From NCBI GenBank assembly GCA_002633005.1, contig NMRA01000159.1, positions 472,547 to 536,546 on the forward strand: DNA of 64,000 nt, read 5' to 3'. Under the pieces are notes generated by a model. The model was not told the DNA's origin. It ran no database searches and saw only the letters and a list, made by a program, of their open reading frames with translations. Of this stretch, positions 25,646 to 37,363 are shown in pieces. Origin of the DNA: Phoronis australis. Its lineage: Eukaryota; Animalia; Phoronida. Both the position numbers and the translations under genes were made by a program. The stretch's first letter is position 1. The number at the start of each line of letters is the position of its first letter.

Positions 25646-26307
25646 TTGCGGTGCCACCTGGGATTACCATTTCATTTTGCCTGTTATTCAATCTTTTCTA
25701 TTAATGTAAGCCCTAAGCTATTGACATTTATGACCGTATTCGACAACAGACTATGTACGCGGTGTTACCGCGGGATATATCGCTTATTGGGTTCATGCGA
25801 ATCAACAATCCTTAGTTTGGTACATAAAGGGGTTTAAACTTTAGAGTGTTTACGTCTACATTTGCTTCCGAATCGTAAGCCGACATTGTATGAGCAGCGG
25901 AAAGGGAAAACTGTGAAAAATAAAACCAACCCTGTTTTGTAAATTCAACTCTCTTTAATGAATTAAATCAGTTTTTAAATTGGCGTGTGTTATCTCCGTT
26001 GTGTGAATTCACAAAAATGTAAACCCGACCTGTTTGAATGTTAGGGTGGCGGATACGGAGACTCAATCGAACATGTCGACATCTTACCACCTGAGGTTCA
26101 TTGGAAAAAGCATAATTTAAATCTTGTAATTAAGTGCAACAAGAGCAATATCAAGTCACCTTTTTTGTTTTGATAAATTGGCTTCATTTCTGTTGCTTCC
26201 CTTATACTCTTAACTTGATTTGAAAATTGCTTTGTCGAACTATTTTTGAGTGCCAGTGGCCTGGTCAGAAATGTCGTCGATTTCCACATGTTGTTTTGCA
26301 CAGTTCT

Positions 26308-26611
26308 CAGTGGCGGATTTAGGGAGGGCAAGGGAGCTATGGCCCCCCTAAAATTCTGCCACATACCATTTGGCAGTTCGGGGTGCGAATTGCTGAGTAG
26401 CATATGCGCGCACCCAGGGGGCTCGAGGGGCTAATGCACTATGCATAGGCCTTGAACAACCCCCATTTACCGTTTTTTTGTTAGTAATAAGGTCCATATT
26501 CCCAATAATTCGAGACTCCTGCATCCCTACATTTTAGGCTGGGCGCGCGCATGTGGCGAAATTCTGGTTATTTCTGTGTCCCCCCAATTCAAAATCCTGG
26601 ATCCGCCCCTA
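26308..26611 (-). mobile_element. CAGGGGCGGATCC-family MITE with a nested second short element
   Basis: Ends cagtggcggattt / ggatccgcccct; interior 26400-26555 resembles 25276-25530 and 33085-33262. Confidence 0.6.
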
Positions 26612-27854
26612 GTTCTTGGTGAACAGACTCTCCAACCCGCTCACCGATCATTCGCCACCTGATAACTGCCTCGTCCAGGGTGACAATGTGTGTCAAGAGC
26701 GACACATTGCGCACCGGGCGAACGACGTCCGAGCTCCACGAGTCTTCTGGATTCATGTGCAGAATTTCTCGCTTACACTGGCCAGTTTCCCTTAGTCCCA
26801 GACAACTTTTACATATTCAGCTCGCCGTTTGTATTGATGAAGGTCTGAGCCAATGAAGTGGAAAGACAATACTTGTAGCTAGCACTACAGTCTCAACAAT
26901 GATGGTTGTTATTACCGATTACACCCACATTGGTTTTCTCTGGCGTTTGCACAGAGTTACAGCCTGCAACTGTGGAGAGTAGTTTTAACTTGGTACATTT
27001 TAAATATTACAAAATGATTAAAAAAATTAACTTGTGTTGATCTTGGCCATGGGTCACATCCCAAAGGAAGGATGGTTTAAATATGTTTCATACCGGTTTT
27101 CGTTATTTCATTTTTAACACTCCTGGATACTTGTTTTTCTTACCGGAACAGGTCGATACATTCTTATTTCTTTTTTAAACTTGAAGTACCAAAACAGTTG
27201 TAGATTTTGATCGCCAGCGAAACTTAATTAGTTTAGTTAATTGTGAACCCATCCCTGAACTTTCCAGATTGCAGCTGCACTAAACATTTCTCAGGGAACA
27301 AAAGTGTGTTCGTATCATTAGTTCAAGTTTAATCTTTATTAGAACTCAAATTATAAAATATATACAAAAGCACAAATGGTGATAGGTGAAGATTTGGAAT
27401 CTCTGGACAATTTCGGTTGCACTGACTATGTAAGTATTCGACTCATTGTCAGTCTGAGCGTGGGCACAAGCTAAGCACAATTGCATGTCCTAGTCAAAAA
27501 TCTGGTTAAACGAGATTGAAAGAATATTAAAAGAATAATCCATGTGACATTGTAAACTCTGATCAGTGTGTGTAAATCCACCGAGTGTATCGGTACCGAC
27601 GCACGGTCGTTTACCTTCAATCGTACCCAATGTTTGTAGTTTTTAGCTTATTAGTTCATCGATTTTTAAAAATCGAAAGCCTTACGTGGTTGTTTTTTCC
27701 AGATGATTACCGACGTGGTGTTCGTTTTAGGCGAAAATTGTTGGTTAATGCATTTTGTACAGGCAGTGATGCTTACGACAGTTTATGGTCGGGTAATTTC
27801 ACAGAACAATGTGGTCATCACAACCGTATCCGACTCTGACGACGCACTCTCTTT

Positions 27855-28270
27855 AGTTCCGTTTAGATATCAACTTTTGGCCCGGCGCAACTGACACGGA
27901 GCAAATTGATCGGTGTCAAGCCCGTTGACAAGCACAACTCACTAACTGTGGCAAGACGGAAATTGTAGGCTGGAGAGTGTATCACACATGCGCAGGTTTA
28001 CAAATAATGGGAGTTGAAGAGACAAAGAACCGGTATTGAGGTCATTACACAAGCGCAGTAGAGATGATCCTTTCCGCCATGCCCAGTAACGCGTGACTCG
28101 GAGCAAGATGTTCTAGCGCAAATTGCTCTACCTCCCGAACGGGTGGCAAAAGTTGTCATCGCGGTGTCAATTTGCTGCAGTTCAGTCCCGTTTACACACA
28201 TCCTTGCGTTGGAACAACTCTTTCCGTGTCAGCTGATCCGTGTCAACTTTTGTAGTGTAAACGGCACTTT
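27855..28270 (+). mobile_element. Degenerate MITE, relative of 5897-6480
   Basis: Shared terminal blocks. Confidence 0.5.
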
Positions 28271-29030
28271 TGATCCTGGTAAAAGCCACTCCGGCAGAAG
28301 GACGAGCGGTGATTCCCGCATATCTTTAGAAATGCGTGACTTCCTTGTGAGCGTATTATTCACGGTATGTAGCCACCGTACAATCGTAGTTTAACGCGTT
28401 ATTCTGCTTCCCTTCAGATTAGCAAGAAAAGCGCTTATGCAATCGCAGATTTGCAGCAGATTTAATTGGTGAGCGGTCTTTTACCGCAGTTCCCGTGTAA
28501 CTCGCCTAAAGCGTAGGTCACGATTGCCCGTTTGGCAAACTTTGTAAGGACGTTTCCAAATTTTGCTCCAAACTTACGAGCGTTGTAGAGGGTTACAGAT
28601 CACTGTTTTGTCTCAGAGAACTAGGTGGGAAAGATCGGTATTTTTAATATCTATTAAGAGACCCAAACCGGGTTTGGTATCCTTTTAATTGATTGGAACT
28701 ATACTTGGCCGGTGATATTTCTGAAAGCTAGATGTCAGCTGAGTTATTTGAACAGAGGAATGACCTTGCACGAACTGAAAATGATCCTCAATACAACTTA
28801 TCCTTTAATAAACCTGACTACGGGCCTGGTTTCTGACAGTCGGTCTAAAGTGCCGTTCAGACCTTGTGAAATTTAGTGGAAGTTACTCCGTTATTTTTCC
28901 GCTAAAATTTATTCGGATTTTTTTTCATGAGGACACGTATTTACTCGATATTCGGAATTCCACTAAATTTGCCTCGACTCGCACTGGAAAATTTGATTCA
29001 TGAGTAACCATAATTAACATTCTGACTTTA

Positions 29031-29288
29031 CGAAAGCCCAATGGTACCATTTTGAAGGGAAGAAAAATATTTTATTATCTGGCGGCCGCCACTTAATTTA
29101 AATTGAAACAACTATGTGTGTCGCTTTCGTACGGAAGTGATGTCTACGGAAGTCGTTCTACACTTTTACACACGAAAGGTACCGCTTTTCAGTATAGGTT
29201 GCGCTGTGTCAGAGGGTAGCATTTGGCGGTCGCCATAAAATATGCCTCATTTTCTTCACTAGTTAAAATGGCACTATTGGGCTTCCGC
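29031..29288. mobile_element. Foldback MITE with long imperfect TIRs
   Basis: cgaaagcccaatggtaccatttt...tggcggccgcca versus tggcggtcgcca...aaaatggcactattgggcttccg. Confidence 0.6.
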
Positions 29289-30501
29289 GCGACTGTATCT
29301 GTAATATAAAACCACATGATGTCTACATGTGCAGCCTGTAGACGTAAAATACTTGTCTAATAGGATCGAGAAAAATACCGGTAATCCAACTGTCAACAGG
29401 AATCCTTGGGACACGGCCGTTTGTGGAATTAATCTTATTTATTTTTCCTGAAATATTTCCGGTACTTCGAAATACACGGGAACACTGCTTTTGTAGCAAT
29501 TCAAGATCGGATGAGTGTGGTAGTGTTTGGAACCCCCCGCAAAACGCTTTAGTTTATAGGTGGACTTTGATAACTTGAACAGCGTAGAAAAGGCCTTTAA
29601 TTTTAGGGGGGAAGAACTTGTACCATCACAATATGACGCCATATTCGCATTCAATCGGCAATATTTGCCACGTCATGAATGTCGATGCACGTTTCTTCAG
29701 GGGGACAATACTTTTAATATGTGTAGAGCCGAGTGCGACAGTGACCGCCTACAAAAACGAGTCCCGCCGAGAGCGTTATATGTAACCATATATAATGCTA
29801 ATAAACGAATATTATTTGATTACTGTACACTGACGTCCCCTCTCATTGAGAGCTATGACATGTACGAACGTGCGTTCAAAAGACAAGCCCGACCAGAATG
29901 GCACTTGATATCAACAAATTTGTACAGACAAGCACACTGACGCACAGAGGTATTTGCAAAAGACTTGGAATGTTTTGTTGCTGACTTAGCTAACTTTAAA
30001 AAAAGACCTGTGCAAACAACTCGGGCACTTCAAGCGAGCACGATAAGTACAATTCCCAGCTGTGTACTAATAGGATTTCTGATACAACAAACACCGAGTC
30101 AAAAAATAAAATCGTCTTCTATCTCAAATACGTAATTTCTTGAACGAGTGGGCAAATGGGGGAAAGTTACTGGTTTCGTACCACTTAAGGATGCGCCTCT
30201 CTGTACGTCAAGCTGAACTAGCCACGATCGATCTCATAGCCCTTAGTGGCTTCACATGTACAACCACACAATCAGTCACGTGATTTAGAACAATGATGAT
30301 GCTTTAGCTGCAAAACACGGTTGTAGAAAAGTCAATAAAAGTACCATTCACGTGACCGGTTTTCTAATTCGTACCTTTCAGGCTTCGGAATGGTACCAGT
30401 ATACTATTATACTAATAACTACGATTATTTTACCAATCAAAGATGAAAAGGAAACAGTGCAAACAGTCAAACCTTTTATTGGCAACATAGAAACATATGA
30501 G

Positions 30502-30543
30502 NNNNNNNNNNNNNNNNNNNNNNNNNNNNNNNNNNNNNNNNNN
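30502..30543. other. Assembly gap (42 N)
   Basis: Run of n; single n also at 33234 and 61417. Confidence 0.99.
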
Positions 30544-30672
30544 ATTCACGTCGACGCAAGAACATAACTTTTTCTCCCAAAGCGGATTTTGTGGTCTTCG
30601 TACACTATGGAAGCTAACGCCTCTGCATTTCGCCTGCGTAGCCGAACAACCGGCCACACAGCAACCGACCAT
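30544..30672 (-). pseudogene. THAP zinc-finger N-terminal fragment, probably transposon-derived
   Basis: MVGCCVAGCS...GVSFHSV..P....W matches the THAP opening consensus (M.CC..GC...SFH.FP...W); cut by the gap. Confidence 0.65.
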
Positions 30673-30817
30673 GATTAGCAGACGACCTACTTGCCGGAAA
30701 TTACACCAGATAATTGAGCCAGGTGTCGCCAGTGAATAATGACGTAAAGGCTTGTGCGGAAGACCACAGATTTCGTCCATTGAAAGTAAACGGAGTTGGC
30801 GGTCCATGTACTATAGT

Positions 30818-30990
30818 CTATGGTTTCATGAGATCTTTTGGTGTGATACCAAAGAAAATATTGTCAAGTCCTTTTATACGTTTCACCAAATTATCTTTTA
30901 CTTCTATAGGCAAAACTCTGGGACCTCCACGCAACGTGTTGTCATGTCTTGCATACTTATTCAGGCCCATGCGGTGACGGCTATAGTTGG
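30818..30990 (-). pseudogene. pogo/Tigger-like CENP-B HTH transposase remnant
   Basis: GGPRVLPIEVKDNLVKRIKGLDNIFFGITPKDLMK resembles the CENPB-type HTH (..E..LV..I..L...FFG.T..DL). Confidence 0.5.
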
Positions 30991-31656
30991 CTTTGAGATA
31001 CAAAAGGGCTCAGACACAATATCAAATCCCAATCCTTCATTCATAGCTTTGAGACAATTGTGCATATCTTCCGATGTCCACGACGACGGATGGCATTCTC
31101 CTGAAAGCAAAGAATTAAATGAGTACTGAAAAGCAAGAAAAACAACAACCTACGTGTTGTGTATCGTGCCTCTTGGTTATGTGTACCGTACCCAGGGTAC
31201 TATACACGTGACCTGTTGTGGTACGACACTCGAGACATTGACCTAGTTTGAAACACGAGGGCTGAAAATATTTGGCACGGGAGTTGTCAACCAGAAATTA
31301 CACCATACAAATAGATAAGAATGAGCTACCAGATGACACATGGGTTTACTCATGTGCTGTACTTGTTGTCGTCTGATGGCATTATTTGGGAGGGCTAAAA
31401 TTTACATCAACATGTCAAAAAAGTGAAAAATGCTCACCGTTTTTCTCCGGGTCGTCTGCTCGACAGTTCGCACAGCTTTCTGTCATCGGCGTCTGAGGTC
31501 GCTAAAAGTAATCACTCTTTTGGGAGGCAAGCAAACATAGTTTTGCGGGAAATGATGTGGTACGAAAATAATAACTGGTACGGAACCGGTAACTCTCCCC
31601 TGCTTAGTTCGCGATCAGACCCGCTATCATTCAAGGCAATGATTGGGGTATCGAAG

Positions 31657-31819
31657 CAGGGGCGGATCCTGGATTTTGAGTTTGGGGGGGGCAAGACAAA
31701 GTATTAGCCAGGATTTTGTCCGTCGAACCGTGACTTTCGCACCCCCGAACTGCCAAATGTAATCTAGGAGAATTTTAGGGGGGCATGGCCCCTTTGGCCG
31801 CCCTCTAAGTCCGCCACTG
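31657..31819 (+). mobile_element. CAGGGGCGGATCC-family MITE
   Basis: Homologous to 5147-5304. Confidence 0.7.
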
Positions 31820-34800
31820 CGAAGTTATGTTAAAAGCCTTCCAATATTCAGCATCTCTTACATTCCAAAAGCCTTCAGTCAATTCAGAGACTCCTACATT
31901 CTGTGTCAGTCAAATAAGTTACATCATTGCTTTTTGACACACTGCTATCTATTCCTGATGGCACAATCTCTGACCGGTCACTCGATAATCTTTGCTTGAT
32001 GTATCGGTTTCACCAGCATTGTGTTGTATAGCTGCACATCAAATTACCAAGCCTGTAGCCCCATGCAATTTTTTACCATAGTGGCCTATCATGTTACCCA
32101 GAGCCTTCAAAAGGTTATGTAATATTTGACCGTGTTTCTACTCCGCCTTTTCCAGTCAGTATACATGCAAAACACTTACCCACTCCTAACACCTATGCTT
32201 AAAGTGGGTTTCTGCCACACTGCATGGTTGAAAACCCCAAACCTCTGAGCCATGGCTGTAGGATGGAGGCTATGACTTTACCAAAAATTGATTCTGTAAA
32301 GTCGGTAAGGCGTTGAACAATCAACGTCAGTGAACAATGTTGAATGCGAATGAACAATATTGGGCAAGTTGTTTCTTAGCCTTTCAATGCTAATTCATCG
32401 ATGTTTTGACCGGGAAACACACAAATGACGAAAAGATGTTCCCAAGCCAATGGGTTTGCTTTAATTGACATGAAAAACCATTTTCGGACTCCTGGCCTAT
32501 CTTTTCTGAAAGATACTGCGTTTTTCGTGAAATTGACACACATGCCTATGTACTATCTCAAAAAACAGCTTATTATTCTACATTACTTGTTCTTATTAAA
32601 ATAACATTGGACAAGGAATACACTTTCAGGTCTTATTCAAAAGTGGGTCCTTCACACTATAGGCCGGTGTCCAGCTCTTCAATCGCCATCTGGCGGGGAT
32701 CTCAAACGCAGCCAAGTCTCAGCTCCCCTATGCAGGGTCGCTTGTCAAACAGTGTATCTGCTGAGTACCTTCATCCTGAACTACAATTTGTACTGAAAGT
32801 ATGTGGAATTGTTTCAATACCTAGCTGATGCCAGGCAACCATTGATATGTCTGAGTTCATCAAAGAACATTGAATAAGAGAATGTTGAAGTGGAAAAACC
32901 CTGGTCCCCGCGATTATGAGCGGTACTAATTTTGGTAAAATCTCCGAATTTTGCACTGTCCGCTATTTAGTGATTAAGAAAACAGTCAGTGTATCAACCG
33001 GTTTTAACTGAATTGTTCAGAGTAATAATCTTTAAACTGGTTTAAAACTTACCACCGCTTTGGTATGAACTGGCTGCAGCCTTATGCGTGCACACCGGCC
33101 TAAAAATTGGGGGGGGGGCTCGATTTTTTGAAAATGTGGACCTATTGTTAAGATTCACGGGGTACGTACAGAGCTATGATGAATTGTGCATTCGCCGAAT
33201 TTAAGTACTTCCTGCCTTTTTAGTGGCCTTTTGNCCCCCCCCCCCCCCCGGTGCGCACATGAACTTAACTGTTAGGTAAAGAAATCATATAGCCTACACC
33301 CCTCTTCACGTTACCGTTGTAAACACTCTCTCGTCATCACAAACTCTAGTTGTTCAACCAGGTGCCGCCTTGGTTTCCCTGCTCTTACTTCAAAGCGCGT
33401 TGACTCGTGAGCAAGTTTTGAAGTTAGCCAATATCTATCTTAGCTGTGTTCAGACGAACTAAACCACCGTAGTTGTAACTGTTACGTATTTGCCCTCCAG
33501 TCGTGTTTATATTTTTCTGCCTGTGCAGGCTTTACTATCAAGATTAGGTTATGTAATCAGTCCAGTGTTCGCAAATGTTAAAAGTTCCCCCGGTCACAGT
33601 TCTATTGCATAGTCACAATAGTGGTTTATAAAGTGTTTTTTTTATGATATTGGCCTATGTTCACAAAAGAAGTTGCAGGACTGTGCTTACATAACAGTTT
33701 GCTACCTTGGTTGTTGATTGCTATGGATTGGATCATAAATTTGTGTGGCAGCTAAATTATTGAGAGCACGCGCCCCCACCCAACGCCAAACTGGTTATCA
33801 TAAGCTAAACATCTCAGCGTAATGCCTCCGGTTAAAGAAAACCCCATAGTTCGAAAGATTTGTTATGGTTTGCACTTGACTATGGGCTGATGGGTTAAGG
33901 GCTCAAGTGCGGAAAGAGACAAATGATCTTAGGCCACGATATGTCTTTTTTCAAGTCACCGCTTTGTAGAGAATATGATCGTTTCAAGTAACGCGATATC
34001 GCGCTGGTAGCACTTGGTCATCTCTTACTGCGCATCCTAATGTTAACTAGTGAAACTCTGTCTATGAAGTTCAGTATCGGGCTAGCTTTTTTTTTTTTGA
34101 TTCGAGACCAGTGAACACTATTATTGACTCTCGTCAATCCGCATACTGATTTTCGTTTTACTTCTATTAGATGTAGCCTTTCTCCTCCTGTTCGAGGATG
34201 CTAAAACCAGGCCCATTACAAATTAATATCACTTTATAAAAGAAGCCTTTTGCAGGTAATGGTTGTGAGATGAATTACCTTACGTTGGACATTTTATGTT
34301 TGCTATAGGTATTTATTTTCTTGATATCTGACACTATAGGTTGCACACGTTGGTCAGCGAATTCTTTCAATGTGGGCTAAAAGGTGACAATATATATAGG
34401 CCATATTCCTTGCGTTGGCCACCACCATTTGAACGGAGTTTTCATTGTGCAAGTGTTGGTCGGCAGAATCTCTAGTAGTATTGACTGAATAAAGTGATGG
34501 AAACATTCAATCTTTTAGTTTTAGTCTTTGTATTTCCTATTAGTCCAGTCATTCTACGGATGACCCGGAAAAAAGGCAACAGAAGGTTTTATTGCATAAA
34601 TCGTATCCTCTCACCCCCTTTAGTGTGAGAAAAGAAGTCTACCGGAATCGGAGCGGCGAAAGTTGGTTTTTCAAGATGGGGCAAAAATGGCCGCCAGATT
34701 TGCAAATGACCATTATAACTCGAGAGTGGAGTGTGATAGAGTAAAAATTCAAAAAGGTTTAGCTGTCTTTCGTGGGTCAACAAATCCATTGGAAATAGTT

Positions 34801-35385
34801 TTGCATGGTTGTGGTGACACCGTCCACCATTTTCCAAGGTGGCCGCCAAAACTACTTCGAGTCGCACAACTTTGCACAAACAGATTAGTGTGTCGTCTTG
34901 CTTCAAACATTGCATCATAGGTTTTCTGGGTCGACTAATCCATTCAGATTCATTGGTTTTGGCTCTAATGATTACTTCCACCATTTTCTAAGATGGTCAC
35001 CAAATAGTTGCTTGTGTAAGAACTTCAGATTCCAGAGGCACGCCATCTTCACAGATTTCATATCCTGAGTTTTTTATGTCAGCACGTCCGTTACAATAAT
35101 TATTGTCTGGCTCTGATGATTACGACTACCATTTTCAAGATTGTTTAACGAATAATAACTTATTTTGGTGAAAAACACCAGGTTCGCCTGGACTGAAGGA
35201 TCATTCTGAAAAATGTGCTCTTCGAAAATAACTCTATGCGATCAATTTAGTGATCTACTATCCACACCGTCTGTGTCACCTCCAATTAGTTGTAAATGCT
35301 AGTAAATACAGCAACAGTTGAGACAGGAGAAAGGTTTATCAAAGCATGTTTAGCAAGTTAAATAGTTTATACGTGCTTGCACATC

Positions 35386-36804
35386 CACGAGTGAGAAACA
35401 ACATGACCGCCGGTCCTCTAAACAGGACCTCCGGGGATCAAATGGGACCGCCGCACCAGAAAATGGGACTGACGCACCCAAAAACATGACCGCCCCACCA
35501 CAAAACAGGACCGCCGGGGACTAAAACCGCAATAACTTACAGGCTAAGATTTATTACCGTTAGGCCTACATAGATCATACAATGGGGCTGTATACGTATG
35601 CATATGCAAGTCTTGTGCCGATTAATCCACCGAAATCTTTTGTGAGCAACAGAGGACACTTCGCTTTGTAATACGCGGCGCTTTTGAGTTTTACTCATCA
35701 CCAGGCTCCCGGCTGCGGTATGTGACTTATAAACAGTTGAAAGGTCAACATTTAATAAATCTAACACAAAACAACCTCGTTGTACGCTTTTGAGCTAAAT
35801 AATTATAATTTTATCCACTGCATAAGTTTTAGAACAAAATGAAAATCATTTTCTCCAATTTGACGTTTAAAGTTAGTCAAGTAAAAAAACGGACGTTCTG
35901 GTTCTCGGGTGAAGCATCATCATACTAGCTGCCTTTGTGCGGCAAAGCTGTACATTAAATGTACAGCTTTGCGCCGATGTGGGTAAAAAACTGAACATGT
36001 AAAATCTTTACCCGGCGAATTTTTTTTAACGACACTCTTCCTTGAGTAAACTAAATTATTTCATCGGCGCTCGAGAGAAATTGTCGTTCTGTCGTTATTC
36101 TGCGTTCTCTTAAGTCGGCTTACATTGGCCGGTTCCTTTTCCCCCGATTCTTCAGTCAACTGTCCTTCTACAAGGTTGCGTACCTGGCACAACAAATTAT
36201 CGAAACTGGTTTCATTTCGTTATAAGTTTTCAGTACTTTAATACCAGCAAACCGAATTTCATAACAAACCTTGTTGCCGCCAAGTTGTCATCATCTTTCG
36301 AAAGATGTCTCAAAATTTTTCTGAGGAAATGGCGCGTGCACATGTCACTTATTATTACAACAGTTCATTAGATTGTTTTTCACTCAAGCGGTTGCAAACT
36401 GCAAGGTGAGTGTTGGTTGACGCCTAGATTTTGCATGCGCCTGCATCGGTCGCGCGCTCTACTACATGTTGATGTAAGTTCCACGACGAGGTGACGAGCA
36501 GAACTACCCGGGCTGTGGGCAATGTCGGGGATGTAACGGAGCTCAATAACGCAAGGCTGTCAAGCTTTATTTTGGCGATAGTCTTTACACAGCTATCTGA
36601 CCGGTTACGTCATAACCCGCAGTATCACACAAAGGCCTTAACTACTCAGTCCCCGGCGGTCCTGTTTTGTGGTGGGGCGGTCATGTTTTTAGGTGCGTCA
36701 GTCCTGTTTTGTGGTGTGACGGTCATGTTTTTAGGTGCGTCAGTCCTGTTTGGGTGAGTCGGTCCGATTTAGAGGACCGGCGGTCATGTTGTTTCTCACC
36801 CGTG
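35386..36804. mobile_element. Transib-like non-autonomous element, 1419 bp, 5-bp TSD ACATC
   Basis: TIRs CACG(A/G)GTGAGAAACAACATGACCGCCGGTCCTCTAAA; ACATC at 35381-35385 and 36805-36809; ~19-bp subterminal repeats (aaaacaggaccgcc). Confidence 0.8.
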
Positions 36805-36934
36805 ACATCTCCCACTAGGCTTCGCTTCAGTGACGTTACAAGTCTGTAGCAGTCATTCTCAGTCTGTGATCAAAATCTATACGCTGTACATCTCTTGGAA
36901 CTGCAGTTGGTGTTACACGAACATCTTAATACTT

Positions 36935-37363
36935 TCAGCAGGTTCTCTGGTGCTGCTGACTGGTCCGTCGTCGTAGGTCTGAAATTTCCACCTGCCAGCA
37001 TCTATCCCCAATACACATTCGGGACTCCTGGAATTTCTGAAGAACCGGAACTTCTTTCTTCATTGGTTCTGGATTGGCGTTACTTGATCTGTCAATATTT
37101 GGAAGTGGGATGTTGAATGCTCTGGCTGTGATGACAGCATTCAGTGCTGAGTCTACTAACATATGCCCCCTCCTTGCTCTATCCACACTTTTTCCATTTA
37201 ACATAAGGATCACACTGTTTGATGCATACACCGTCTCAAGAACTTCTTGAGGCCCTGTGCCTGACATTACGGATCCAATACATCCCAGAAAGCTCACCTC
37301 AGTATGAAATATGCCAAGCCTGGCTAAGAACAAGTGACTGCAGATCACTTGGTTTGCTGCCAC
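36935..37363 (-). pseudogene. Transposase fragment (RLGxFH...SFLGCIG..M.G.G..E.L..VYA.NSV..ML.GK...RA.RGH), Academ-type
   Basis: Motif string characteristic of a widespread invertebrate transposase family; truncated at both ends. The superfamily assignment is from recall. Confidence 0.7.
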
